Assembly: GCA_001600695.1 (NCBI GenBank)
Contig: BCKQ01000003.1
Span: 353,849 to 417,848, forward strand
From: Ascoidea asiatica JCM 7603
Taxonomy: Eukaryota; Fungi; Ascomycota
Reading direction: 5' to 3'
DNA: 64,000 nt
A model generated the notes under the pieces. The model did no database searches. It had not been told where the DNA came from and saw nothing but the letters and a program-made list of their open reading frames with translations. A program made the position numbers and the translations under genes. Below, one piece after another: positions 1 to 12,337 of the stretch; position 1 is the stretch's first letter; every line of letters starts with the position of its first letter.

Positions 1-14
1 ATAAATAATTGAAA

Positions 15-426
15 ATGGTTAATCATCATAAATATAATAACTACAAATCTCAAGATTCAAATTCAAATTCAAATTCAAATTCAAATACAATAGTTCAGAT
101 TATAATATCTTCTTTAATAAATTTAATATTAATTCTTTTCTCGAATTTTTTTTCAATTTCAAATAATTTAATACAAATTTTAAATTCAAATTATCCAAAT
201 GTTTTACAAAATATAATTTTAATTTTCTCAATTTATCTAATTTATAAGATTTTTAAAAAATTATTTTTCTTAAATTTCAATATAATTAAAAATTTTATAA
301 TAAGTATTATTAAATTTATGATTTTTTTAAATTTTATAATAATTATAATTTGGATATATTTAAGAGGTAATTTAGTAAATTTTTTAAATGATTTAATTAA
401 TATTTTCAAATTTTTTAATAATTTAT

Positions 427-468
<42 letters not shown>

Positions 469-806
469 CCAATAATAATAAGGAACCTCCTACTTCTTCA
501 TATAATTATATCTATTCAAATAATAAATATGATCCTTATGTGGATGATAATTCAAATATAAATAATAAAAACAATAATAATAATGATATGATTTATCAAT
601 ATTTAATAAATTTATTCAATTCAATTGATTTCTCAAGTTTAAATATAAATTTAGATTATAATACTTTAAATCAATTATATTTAAAAGTTAATCCAATATT
701 AAATTTTTTAAAAAATAATTTAAATATAGATTTAAATAATGATATTTTAAATAATTTCTTAATCAATTTCAATAGTCTATTGAATAATTTATTTAATTCT
801 CGTTAA
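15..806 (+). CDS. APQ12: Nuclear envelope/NPC biogenesis membrane protein, Apq12 family
   Basis: Two hydrophobic segments, YPNVLQNIILIFSIYLIYKI...IIIIIWIYLRG, match the Apq12 pattern ending W.YLRG. First ATG is at 15 (track starts at a TTG at 9). GVP36 is nearby, as in S. cerevisiae. Confidence 0.7.
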
Positions 807-1535
807 TTATATATATAAATATAAATATAAATATAAATATGAATATAAATATGAATATATCGTTAAATTGAAATGTTTTTATAAAAGTAAAGTCAAATAG
901 GAATAATAAAAAAAAAATAAAAATGTAAAAAAAAATAAAATTCAAGGAACCTTAGTTTATTGATAATCTAAATAAATAAGTAAAATAAGTAAATAAATGT
1001 AAAAATAGTCAGAAAATAGTTAAAAAAAAATTAAAAAAAGATTAAATTATATTAAATCAAAATTAACGAGAGAAAAATTAAAAATGAATTAAAATCTTTA
1101 ATAAAATAAGAATAAAAAAAATGAATTGAAATAAAAAAAGTATAAAAGTAAAAGTAAAAGTAATAACTTAAAAACGAAAAAACAAATAAACAAATAAACG
1201 ACCGATGTAAACTTAGATAAACATAAATAAATTTAAATAAACTGAAATATTGTAAGAATAATATACTGAGTGACTGTAATTTTAAACTGTTAATGAAGTT
1301 TTTTTTGAAAAAAATTTTAATTTAAATATTCAAATTTGAATTTGAAAATAAAGCAATGTAAAAATTAAATGAAATTTTTAAAATTTTAACAAAAAACAAA
1401 ATTTAAATGGATGAAAATCAAAAGCAAACAACAGATAACAACAGATAACAACAGATAACAACAAAATAAAATAAAAAAAAGTAAGATAAGATAATAAAAA
1501 TTGGTAATAAAATAAAGTAAGATTATAAATTAAAC

Positions 1536-3164
1536 TTATAAACCATCAGGATTTGCAACTTTTAAAACTTTTGGAGCATTATTATAAGAATCATCAGGTG
1601 GTAAACTTCCTATAGAAATTCTACTACTTGAATGATCACTTACACTTAAATTATTTTGATTAACAGGAAAAGCAATATTTGATCTTGGATCTAAAGGTGA
1701 AAAACTATCAGAAAATGGATTTGAATTTGCTCTATTATGATTTGTTGATAATCTATTATTATGACTTAAATTATTTATATCTGAAGATGGACCCATTACA
1801 CCAATTATACTATTATTACTTGTTAAATTATTATTATTATTATTATTATTATTATTTAAATTATTCAAATTATTTGAATTATTCATATTTATATTACTCA
1901 AATTATTTAAACTTATATCATTACCCATATTATTATTATTATTATTATTCATATTCATATTATTATCATTGATTATATTATTATTACCTAAATTATCATT
2001 ATTATTATTTCCTAGGAGGTTATTATTATTATTGTTATTCATATTATTATTCATATCATTATTCATATTATTATTATTTTGCATATGTAAACTACCAATA
2101 TTTGAAGTTGGAGGAGCAGGAGGAGGTAACATCATACCATCGTCATCATCATCATCATCATTATTTTTTTCATTTCTTCTCATAGTTGCAATAATATTTG
2201 CATCAGCATCTAATAAATCTCTATCTTTTCTTCTTTGTCTTCTAATGAAATAAGCTCCACATATTAATAATGCTAAAGCTACAACTCCACCACAAACTCC
2301 ACCAACAATTGGACCAATTAATTTTGTTTTTGAATTACTTGAATCATTATCATCAGAAGCAGTTGTTACAACACTTGTTGTAACTACAGTTCTTGAAGAA
2401 GTTACATATACAGTACCAGTTTCACCACTTGCTTCAGTTTGATATTGAGTTGAAACTTGAATAACAGTTGAAGCTTTTTTTGTAACTTCTTGAGTTTGAG
2501 TTGGAGTTGTATTTGAAGAATCCGAATCATCAGAAGATTCAGCGGTTGAAGTTGAAGTTGAAATAGATTGAGTATTTGAAGTTGAAGAATCAGAATTAGA
2601 ATCAGAAGTTGAATCGGAAGAATCATCAGAAGTATCGGCGCTTGAAGCAGAAGAAGAAGTAGAGGTAGAAGTTGAAGTTGAAGTTGAAGAATCAGATTCA
2701 GAATCAGAAGAAACAGCACTTTCATCACCATAAATTTCATAATAACCACTACCACCACAATTTACAGTATCATAACCAGTACAACCAATATTACAATTTG
2801 AAGAAGAAGAAGTTGAACCTGAAGGAGAACTACTACCACAATAACATTTATTACCATTAGTTAAAGCATAAAAGGGATAAGCAGTACATTCATTTTGACA
2901 ATAACCAGGAGATTGATAAGTATAAACACCTTTTGATATATAAGAAGAAGGTATTGAACTATAACAACCTAAATCAGAATATGAATAAGCTGCATCTGCA
3001 AATTTTATTATATTGTTATTATTGTTATTGTTATTATTAAGTATATTTGAAGATATTGATATTATAAATATTATTTTTATTAATTTATTGATTGAAGAAG
3101 AAGATGATGAAGATGAATTACTTATTCTTATATTATTAGATAACTTTGTAATAAAATTTAACAT
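1536..3164 (-). CDS. WSC-family cell wall integrity sensor (Slg1/Wsc1-like)
   Basis: Cys-rich WSC domain (LGCYS...SPGYCQNEC...CYCG...CNIGCTG...CGG), Ser/Thr-rich stalk, one TM helix (IVGGVCGGVVALALLICGAYFI), C-terminal LKVANPD motif. Confidence 0.9.
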   Translation of the reverse strand: MLNFITKLSNNIRISNSSSSSSSSINKLIKIIFIISISSNILNNNNNNNNNIIKFADAAYSYSDLGCYSSIPSSYISKGVYTYQSPGYCQNECTAYPFYALTNGNKCYCGSSSPSGSTSSSSNCNIGCTGYDTVNCGGSGYYEIYGDESAVSSDSESDSSTSTSTSTSTSSSASSADTSDDSSDSTSDSNSDSSTSNTQSISTSTSTAESSDDSDSSNTTPTQTQEVTKKASTVIQVSTQYQTEASGETGTVYVTSSRTVVTTSVVTTASDDNDSSNSKTKLIGPIVGGVCGGVVALALLICGAYFIRRQRRKDRDLLDADANIIATMRRNEKNNDDDDDDDGMMLPPPAPPTSNIGSLHMQNNNNMNNDMNNNMNNNNNNNLLGNNNNDNLGNNNIINDNNMNMNNNNNNNMGNDISLNNLSNINMNNSNNLNNLNNNNNNNNNNLTSNNSIIGVMGPSSDINNLSHNNRLSTNHNRANSNPFSDSFSPLDPRSNIAFPVNQNNLSVSDHSSSRISIGSLPPDDSYNNAPKVLKVANPDGL

Positions 3165-4443
3165 TTTGAATAATATTATATTATTATATTATTATATTAT
3201 GTTGATATATGATATTTATATGATTATATTACGTTTTTTTTTATTTTTGCAAAAAAAAGAAAAAATAAAAGAAAAAAAAGCAGATAATTAATAAAGAATA
3301 AGAAAAGGAATAGGAATAGAAATAAGAATAGGTATTAAAGAACGAATTAATTAATTAACTGATTGATTGATTGATTGAATATATTATGATATTATATTAT
3401 ATTGTTATATTTTACTTTAGTAGTTTAATATTGTCTTTTAGTATTGTATTTTAATATTATATTATATTATTGTATGATAACAATAATAATAGAATAGAAT
3501 AGAAAACGATAATCTTTGGACTCAAGATGAGATTTTGTATGGTATAATAAATAAGGGTACAATTCACTGCTTGTTAACAATTTTTAGTAACGTTTTAAAT
3601 GAAAAAGAAGATTTTATTATTTAATATTCAAGAAAAAGTGAAAGGTGATGAATATTATATGATATTTATTATATAAAATTTATTATATTTACTATTTTTA
3701 TATTATTTATTGGATAAATATTGTAAAATGAGAGAAGTTATTTAATTATTCGATTATTTGATTAATTTATGAATTTATCAAATATTATCAAATATTGTTG
3801 TTAAATGATTGAAATATTAAAGATGAAAGATGAAAGATGAACGAGAGATGAAATGTGAAATATGAAATATAATAAAAGATATTTGTATTACTTTTATTAC
3901 TATTCTTTATGATATTATATTATGATATGATATGATATTCTATGTTATTTAATCTATGTTTATTTTATTTTATTTTATTTTATTTTATTTATTATTTCAT
4001 TATGTTTTATTGAAGAGAAACAGATTTACAAATAAATCATTTAAGTTACTTACTGACTGAGTGAGTGTAAGTTATTAATTATTTCACAGTAGAAATTATG
4101 ATTTATTAAAAGATTTGAAAGAAAAAAAGCAAAGAAAGCCAAAAAAGCCAAAAAAGCCAAAAAAGCAAAGAAATTTGCATAATTTTGATAAAACAAGATT
4201 TTATTGCACGTTAAGCAAAATCATCAGCAGCATCAACGTCGCCGTTACCGAATGGGAAAGAAAAAAGAGAAGCAAACAAAGAGGGTGGTCTCACTCAGCG
4301 AGGCACGCCCAAAGTCCCGTTTCAGCAGGTGACACAGACTGCCCGAAAGTCTCAGCCGGTCTCGTGCGGGTCCCGTGAGTGTGTTCAGTGGGTCTGGTTT
4401 GAGACCTCGAAGGGGGGTTTTTGTTTGGCTTAGTACTGTGTAC

Positions 4444-4510
4444 AGTACTAAGAAGAGTACTAAGAAGAGTACTAAGAAGAGTACTAAGAAGAGTACTGAG
4501 AAGAGTACTG
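4444..4510. repeat. 12-bp tandem repeat (AGTACTAAGAAG) x~5.5
   Basis: Read directly; lies in the GC-rich island upstream of the WSC gene. Confidence 0.9.
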
Positions 4511-5056
4511 ATACTTATTTGCAGGTTTGAAGTAAAGCCCCGTTTTCGAGTGATTGTGACCAAGGCCAAAAGCGTGGTTCATTTGTAAGGGGTGCGCAAC
4601 TGGAATCAGCCGTTTGCTTTAAGACTCTTTCACTGGAAAGAAATAAAGTAAGACACAAGAATCAGAGTCTTTCTCAGGGAGCATTACTAATACTAATACT
4701 AATACTAGTACTAATACGTGTTCTGGCTCTTTTATTTCTTTTCTTTCTGATTTCTGTTTTATTTCTGTTAGTGCCAGTGCCTTTTCTTAAATCAATGTTT
4801 GGGAGAGGAATTGCAGTTCGGAAGGGGGTGGTCCGCTGCTTCCGGCGCTTGGTTCTTCCGCCTCTCGGAAAACAAATCCAGAAAAGATAAAAAAGAAGAG
4901 CCGTGAACGTGGATCTTGTAAAGTAACGTGACTTGCAGTTTCACGTGTTGTTAAATATAGAAAAATATATTTTATCCTTTTTGAGTCCATGAATGTGGAT
5001 CATCTTTATATTTTATTGATATAATGCTATTATTTATTGAATTTGTACCTTATTTC

Positions 5057-5521
5057 TTATGCAAAATCCTTTTCTAATTCTTTTTTGATAAGTTTATTAT
5101 TTTCTTCTTCATTATAATCTCTTTCATTTTTTTCATCATTTGGGTTATATTTATTATTATATTTATTTTTTAAATCTTTTGATTCTTTATAATAACAATG
5201 ATCAACAATAATTTTTTTACCTAAAATTTCAATACCATTAAAATTATCAATTGATAATATACAACTTTTAAATAATTCAAATTTTAAAAAACAAAAACCT
5301 TTAGATTTACCAGTTTTAAAATCTCTAATTAATTTAATATCAATTGGTAAACCAAATTGACTAAATATAATTAAAATATCTCCTTCTGTTAAATTTAAAT
5401 TTAAATTTCCAATATAAATATAATTTGTATCTCGAAATTCATAATGCCATGATCCTTCATATCTTATACCCTTTTGTAATTCAATATCATTTATTTTCCT
5501 AATACTTTCAATTTTATTCAT
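5057..5521 (-). CDS. IST3: RES complex/U2 snRNP RRM protein Ist3/Snu17
   Basis: MNKI..IN..EL, SWH.E..D..YIYIGNL...LTEGDIL.IFSQFG, RD..TGKSKGFCFL, DNFNG, VDH. Confidence 0.93.
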   Translation of the reverse strand: MNKIESIRKINDIELQKGIRYEGSWHYEFRDTNYIYIGNLNLNLTEGDILIIFSQFGLPIDIKLIRDFKTGKSKGFCFLKFELFKSCILSIDNFNGIEILGKKIIVDHCYYKESKDLKNKYNNKYNPNDEKNERDYNEEENNKLIKKELEKDFA

Positions 5522-5576
5522 ATCTATTATTCATATCTATTATTCATCTCTATTCATTGATATTTATTATTAATAT

Positions 5577-5635
<59 letters not shown>

Positions 5636-5680
5636 TTCTTTTTTTCTTTAATACAGGTTATAACATACAAAACACACAGT

Positions 5681-5687
5681 CGGGTAA
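5681..5687 (-). promoter_or_regulatory. Reb1-type site (TTACCCG) upstream of IST3
   Basis: CGGGTAA on + strand, about 160 bp upstream of the IST3 ATG. Confidence 0.45.
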
Positions 5688-5730
5688 CATATTTTTACTT
5701 AACTATGGCATGAGACCAATTCCATGGATC

Positions 5731-6582
5731 CTATAACATTAAATCACTATCACTATCATAATTAATAATATTATCATAATTAAACAATTTTCTTTTTTTA
5801 ATGTTTTCACCATCAGTTTCAATTGATGAAATATTACGTTTTTTGTTGATTGCTTGAATATTTCCATTATTGTTATTATTATTATTATTACAGTTATTAA
5901 TACTGTTATCAATTTCATTATCAATTTCAAATAAATCTTCAATTGAAGAAAAAATTAATATTAAAATTTCTTCAACAGTTTTATTTGAATTCCATGAAAT
6001 TTCAATTAAATCATTAATTAATAAATTATTTTTATAAAAAATTTTATTAAAATTTAAATTATTTTTTAATGATAAAAATTTAAAAATTGGTGGAAATTTT
6101 GGAAAATTATTTGAAAAAAAAATAATTAAATTAAAATTATTACCACCAAAATATTTTGATTTTTTTTTATTATTTATAAAAAAATTAATTTTCCATTGAA
6201 ATAAATTCTTATTTTCAATTAAATTAATTTTATAAAATGAATTTAATCTTTTTGAATTTTTTAAAATTCTTAATTCTTCAAATAATTTCTTTGAAACTAT
6301 TTCAATTAAAGCTGAATTTGTATTTGAATTTGAATTTGAATTTGAATTTGAATTTGAATTTGAATTTGAATTTAACTTTGAGCTCAAATTTGAATCACAA
6401 TAATAATCATAATCATAATCATTTTCATATTCATAATCATAATCATAATCAGAATCAGAATCTTTATCTGAATAATTATCTAAATCACAATCACTATCTA
6501 AAGAAAGATCTGGACATAAGATTGGAACTGAATGAGGAGATACTGGATTTGAATTACAATTACCAAAATTACTTGAATCCAT
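5731..6582 (-). CDS. Ubiquitin-conjugating (UBC) fold protein, Cdc34-like, lacking the catalytic Cys (E2 variant)
   Basis: NLFQW...YFGG.F...F..NFP.FPP.FKF and SW...TVEEIL..I.S..ED align with Cdc34; HPN and active-site Cys are absent. Confidence 0.7.
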   Translation of the reverse strand: MDSSNFGNCNSNPVSPHSVPILCPDLSLDSDCDLDNYSDKDSDSDYDYDYEYENDYDYDYYCDSNLSSKLNSNSNSNSNSNSNSNSNTNSALIEIVSKKLFEELRILKNSKRLNSFYKINLIENKNLFQWKINFFINNKKKSKYFGGNNFNLIIFFSNNFPKFPPIFKFLSLKNNLNFNKIFYKNNLLINDLIEISWNSNKTVEEILILIFSSIEDLFEIDNEIDNSINNCNNNNNNNNGNIQAINKKRNISSIETDGENIKKRKLFNYDNIINYDSDSDLML

Positions 6583-7478
6583 TTCTATTTTCTTTTTCTT
6601 ATTTACTTTTTTATTTATATTTTGTAATATGAATTCTTATAAAATGTTAGTAAATTTCATTAAATGACAATTAAATTTTATTCCTATCATTGCTAAAAAA
6701 AAAAAAAAAAAAACTTCTGATATCAAATTGAATAAATTTCAAGATATTATTTATCATATATATTCTTTAATTGGTATAACTAACTAATAATCCTATTTGA
6801 TTATATTATATATATTGAATGGATTAATGAATGTAATAAAAGTATTATAATTCAAATTATTCTATTCTTCATTCACCTTTTTCTTCTATTATCTTTATAT
6901 TCACTATCAATATTCACTCTATCAATAACCACAAAAGATAAGAACAGATCCGCAGTCTTCTTATCAAATCCGTGGTATAAATATCCGGAAAATCAAAACC
7001 TCGGATCGGAAGGCTGGTAAAACGTGGCTAAGGAAAAGTGGCTAATTAGATTAGTAATAATTAACTAATTATTACGTAACACGGAAAACATGCGGATTAC
7101 ATCATTTATTACCTCATCCACTACCGGCAGCAACGTGGTCCCGTGACCTGCTTGTTTTGCCTGGCTCCTTGTGTGTGGTGGGTGTGTGCTGGCCGCGGTG
7201 CCAAACGCCATCAGCAGGAATTCTAACTTAATTGGCATTCATTCACTTCACTGCCACTGCTCCGCTGGAGATATCTTTTTTAAACGTTTATTTATTTATT
7301 ATTTATCTATTATTTTATTATTTTATTATTTTATATATATTTATATATTCATATATTTATTTATTAATCAATTACTTCTTCTTTTTTTTTAATAGATTCA
7401 TAAATCAAATTTCAATTCATCTTATATATTCTTATATCATATTATTATCATATTATTATCATATTATCTTATCTTAAA

Positions 7479-8576
7479 ATGAATACTGGAGGTTTTAATT
7501 TTAATAGTGTTACTAAATCTTTACAAGATATTGGTAATCAAGTTCAAGGAATTTCTTCTCAATTTGTACCAAATATTAAAAGAACTCAAAGATTAATTGA
7601 AGAAAAATTATCAAATGTTCAAGATGTTAGTCAATTACCTCATGATTATTTAATTTTAGAAAATAAAGTTGATTCAATTAAAATTATTTATGAAAAATTA
7701 TCAAATATTACAAATATTTATAATAATGAAAGTTATGATTATCCTCCAAATTTAAAAGAAAATGTTGTAGAATTTATTAATAATAATATGGTTGATAAAG
7801 TTAAAGAATTATCAAAAGCTTCAAATACAAGAGATATTCAAAATGTTCTTATTAATGGTTCAAATAATAATTCAACTTCTAATAATAATAATAATAATAA
7901 TAACAGTAGTAATAGTAATAGTAACAATCATTTACCAAAAACTTTAAATCATGCTTTAGGTAGAACTGCAATTCAAAGTTCTGAAGAAGTTAAAAAAATC
8001 TCAATTTCAAATAGAAATAATTCATATTCTGATTCTTTAGGTAATGCTTTAATTAAATTTGGTAATACTCAAATTAAAATTGGTGAATTAAGATTAAATC
8101 AAGATAATCAAATTCAATCTGGTTTTAATTTACCTTTAAATAGAACTTTAAGAACTTCATTAAAAAAATCTTCAAAAGCAAGATCAAAAGTTGAACAAAA
8201 ACGTCTTTCATATGATTTTTCAAGATCAATTCTTAAAAATTGTAATCCTTCAAAAGAACAACAATTAACAAATGAAATGCTTCAAGCTGAAGAAGAATTA
8301 GGTTTAGCTGTTGAAGAAGCTGTTTCAATCATGAAAAATGTCTTACAAGATTCAAAACCTTTTGATGAATTAATTGATTTAGTTAATGCTCAATTATTAT
8401 TTCATCAAAATGCTGCAAGAGCTTTATCTGATTTAGTACCTGAAATTCAATCAATAAAAGATGATTATAATGAAGATGATTCTGAAGATTTCGATTATAA
8501 TGAAGATGATTCAACTAATAATAATAATATTACTAATAAAAATAAAACCAAAAATCATGATGATTTAGATATTTAA
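7479..8576 (+). CDS. GVP36: BAR-domain protein Gvp36
   Basis: RTQRLIEEKL..V.DVSQLP.DY..LE.KVD, Y.NESYDYPPNL, PKTLNHAL.R, R.KVEQKRL.YD. Confidence 0.9.
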   Translation: MNTGGFNFNSVTKSLQDIGNQVQGISSQFVPNIKRTQRLIEEKLSNVQDVSQLPHDYLILENKVDSIKIIYEKLSNITNIYNNESYDYPPNLKENVVEFINNNMVDKVKELSKASNTRDIQNVLINGSNNNSTSNNNNNNNNSSNSNSNNHLPKTLNHALGRTAIQSSEEVKKISISNRNNSYSDSLGNALIKFGNTQIKIGELRLNQDNQIQSGFNLPLNRTLRTSLKKSSKARSKVEQKRLSYDFSRSILKNCNPSKEQQLTNEMLQAEEELGLAVEEAVSIMKNVLQDSKPFDELIDLVNAQLLFHQNAARALSDLVPEIQSIKDDYNEDDSEDFDYNEDDSTNNNNITNKNKTKNHDDLDI

Positions 8577-9412
8577 TTATTTAATTATTTACATATTTAT
8601 ATATTTAAATACCTTTTATTTATTTATTGATTGATTACTTTTTTTTGTTCATTTATTTACTAATTTATATATTTAGTTTTATTATTACAATGCCTATTTT
8701 TAAGTATTCATTTATTTTTTTTTTAAGATTTAATCTATAATTGTTTATTTGTTTACTTATACTCTATATTTCTACATTCAATATAATTGTAGATATATAT
8801 TATATACATCATATTTTATAACAAAACTTCTTCGTATATTTTTTATTTTGAAAAAAAGAAAAAAACTTAATAAAAAACTTAAAATGCAAATATGATTAAA
8901 AAATTAAACAAAAAGTAAGTAAAGTTTAAACAACAACTAACAAATAAACATTAAACAATAAATAATAAATAATAAACGAAAAATTATAAAGAATAAAGAA
9001 TAAAGAAAATAAAATAAAATAGTTTGGAAGAGAAAAAAGAATTGAATTTATAAGAAAATTAGTTAATAATTAATGATATATTGAATAATAGATAACCAAT
9101 ACTATTTAATAAATATAGATAATAAATAATAAAGAAGAAAAATAATTATAATAAATTAGGAAATTTTGGAATAAGAAGAAATAAAATAAGTATAAAATAA
9201 ATCAGCAGCAAAAAGAAAAATGGTAAAAAAAACAATGAAAAATAATAATGATGACGATGATGATGATAATGATGATGATAGTATTTATGATTATGATTAT
9301 GATTATGACTATAATGATAAAAAATATAATATTGGATGACTCTAGGATATATTAAAAAAAAAATGTGATTAGAATTAAGAGAAAAAGTAAGTAAAAAAAA
9401 AAGATAAAAGAA

Positions 9413-12300
9413 TTATGGTCTTGGCGACTTTGTAAGCGAATTGGTTAATACAACATGTCCAAGATTAGAAACCGTTGGTGTTATACTGGACATATTTGTT
9501 AGATTAGATGAATTTGATAAACTTAATAAATTCGAATTAGACATAGGAGTACTTATTGATTCTGAAGGATTTCCATGATCATCGGATATTGAATTTGTTA
9601 ATGCTCCTCCATTAAAAGTAAAATGAGATGGGGTTGATATGGAATTTTCTCTTTCCCTTTCTTGTTTCTGTTTAGCAAGTTTTATTGAATCTGATGATCT
9701 TTTCATCAATGAAACAATATCTTTAGAAATTTTCGTCAAACTAGAAAGATGAATTTTGATTTCTTTTGTTTCTGGTAAATCTTTAGATAAAATAGATGAT
9801 ATTTGAACTGCTTTACTAACTTCAATGATTTTAAAAAGAAAGTTATTTAATTCCTCTGCAAATACTTTACTATATCTTTCTTGTTGCTTTTCTTGGGAAG
9901 CAACATTTGTTCTATAGTTGAAATAATCATTTGATTCTTTACTCACATTAGTATTAATTAATCTTTCAATATTCCCAGAAGAAGTAACAAATGGTAAAGC
10001 GACTTTAAGCTTTTCAATCATGTTTTGTAATGATTGACATGCCACATTTAATAATTCAAATTTTTTGGAATTAATGTTATGCAAAAATTCTTCAGTTTTC
10101 ACATACTCAAAGACTTGTTTAATGAAATTTTCAGCAATAGAAACTGCTCTTTGAGTTGTTTTGAAAATTTCTTCATGAATTTCATTATCAATCAATGAAT
10201 TTATACCTATAGTTGAAGATAAAGCAGAAGGTAAAGCAGAAGCCAAACTAGGAGAATTCATTGCACCAGGATGACCTTTCTGACCAATTCTACCGCTTAA
10301 ATTAGGAGGAACTATTGATAATGGTATTGCAGAAGTGGCCAGTTGATTAAGGCTGCTTAAATTAGCACTAGAAACATTATTACTATGAATGTTTTGTTGC
10401 ATATATGAAGGAAAAACAGGATTTGAATTCTGTCTGGGGTTTGTAAAAAATTGAGGATTACTAATGTTGTTATTCAAAATAGTAGGATTATTGAATTGAT
10501 GTTGTTCAATTGTATTACCTTCAATACCTGATTTAATTCCAGGTATAGATTGAACTTCACCTGGAAATAAAATTAACCAAGCATTAAATAATTCACTATA
10601 AGACCCGTATATTGATAATAATAACATTCTTATAAAACTTTTATCTGTCTTTTCAGTAAAGATTCTAATATTATCAAAGAAAAGGGAATGAATTTTAACA
10701 AAGAGATTTAATAAATTAATTGCACATTGCAAAAGTTCAAGAATTAAATTTTTCATTTCCGGAGTATTATATTGACTATTGTCAGAATCCTTTTCCCTAT
10801 CATTTCCATTGCTAAAATCTTCAATTTTTTCTAGTACTTCAACAACCGAATCTAATTGAATTTTACCAGCTCTTAAATATTGTTGCATTTTCAGATGAAG
10901 TTTTTTGTGAGTTATTGAAACATTTGAAATAAATATAAATCTTCTAACTGATAAATGAATTTCACTTATTGCAAATAAAAGTTTTCTATTAGCTTCTAAA
11001 ATTTTGAATTTTCTATCTACATCATCATCACCAGTTGGTAAATCAAAATGAGTTAAAGTAGAAGCTGTAGATGGTTCAGTATTTGAATGAGCTGAAATTG
11101 GAGGTGCTGAAACTTGTTGACCAATTATATTAGAGTTAGATGATAATTGTGTAACAGTTGAAGTGGAACCTGAATACATGGAATTGGATAAATTTGAAGT
11201 TGAAGGAGTGATATTTGAAAAATTTGTTGAAGAATTTTCTTTACTATGATTTGTATAGGAAACTAAATTATTATTATTATTCAAAAAGTGAGCCATTGAA
11301 TTTGAGTTTGAATTTAAGCTTGGATTAGAATTTGGATTTGAATTAATTGAGGAAAGATTTAGATTTGAACCGGTTCTTTTTATATTATCAGTATTATTAA
11401 TATTATTTCCATTATTATTACTATTATTATTATTACTATTATTGTTGACATTATACGCAGAAGGATTTAATACTAAAGATTTTTGCTTAGGAAAAGGAAG
11501 AGTGGACAATCTTTTGAAATATACTGCAGATTTTACATTTGAATCATTTTGATCTAAAGTTTCAACTTCATTAAAGTTTGTTTGATCTGAAGTCACATTC
11601 CCCAATGTATTGGTATTAGAATTATTGATGGAATTAGAAGTATTTTGATTATTGGAATTTGCATTAAATGGTGGCCAATTTGGTAAAGGATGATTTTTAG
11701 GAGTTAAATTTAATGCAGGTGAAGATCTTAAACCTATTGTATTTGATCTTGAACGAGATCTTTTACTTATTGATGCTGAAAATGAATCCATTACTGGTGA
11801 TGAAGGTATAGGAGGTGGAGCTTTATTTGGTTGAGGTGAAATATATGAATTTTCTTTTTGTAAAACACTTAAGCTTAAATTTGAAACATTTTTTGTTAAA
11901 GAATTTGTTTGTTGATCATTATGATAATTTTGTTGCTGCTGTTGTTGTAATTGTAAGATATGTTGCTGTTGCTGTTGTTGTTGAGCAATGGATTGAGATC
12001 TTGATCTTGTACGTAAACTTTCTTGAATTTGAGTAATTGGTAAATCAAATGGAATTGGGTGATTTGATTTAATTGAAGATTCATTATGTTTTTTATTTTT
12101 TAAAGATGATAAAGATAAATCTTGAACATTTGAGTTTGAGTTTGGTAAAGTATTAAAATGATCAAGATTATTAGTATGATTATGATTTGAATCATGATTT
12201 AAATTATGATTATGAATATGATTATGATTATGATTATTTTCAATTATATTAGGTAGACTACTGTTATTATTATTATTTGAGGTGACTTGTGATGTATTAC

Positions 12301-12337
<37 letters not shown>

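Noticed and set aside
5663-5668. Minus-strand GTATGT upstream of IST3 as an intron donor
   Set aside because: No good branch point, it sits beside a Reb1-like promoter site, and the Ist3 N-terminus is already complete at 5521.
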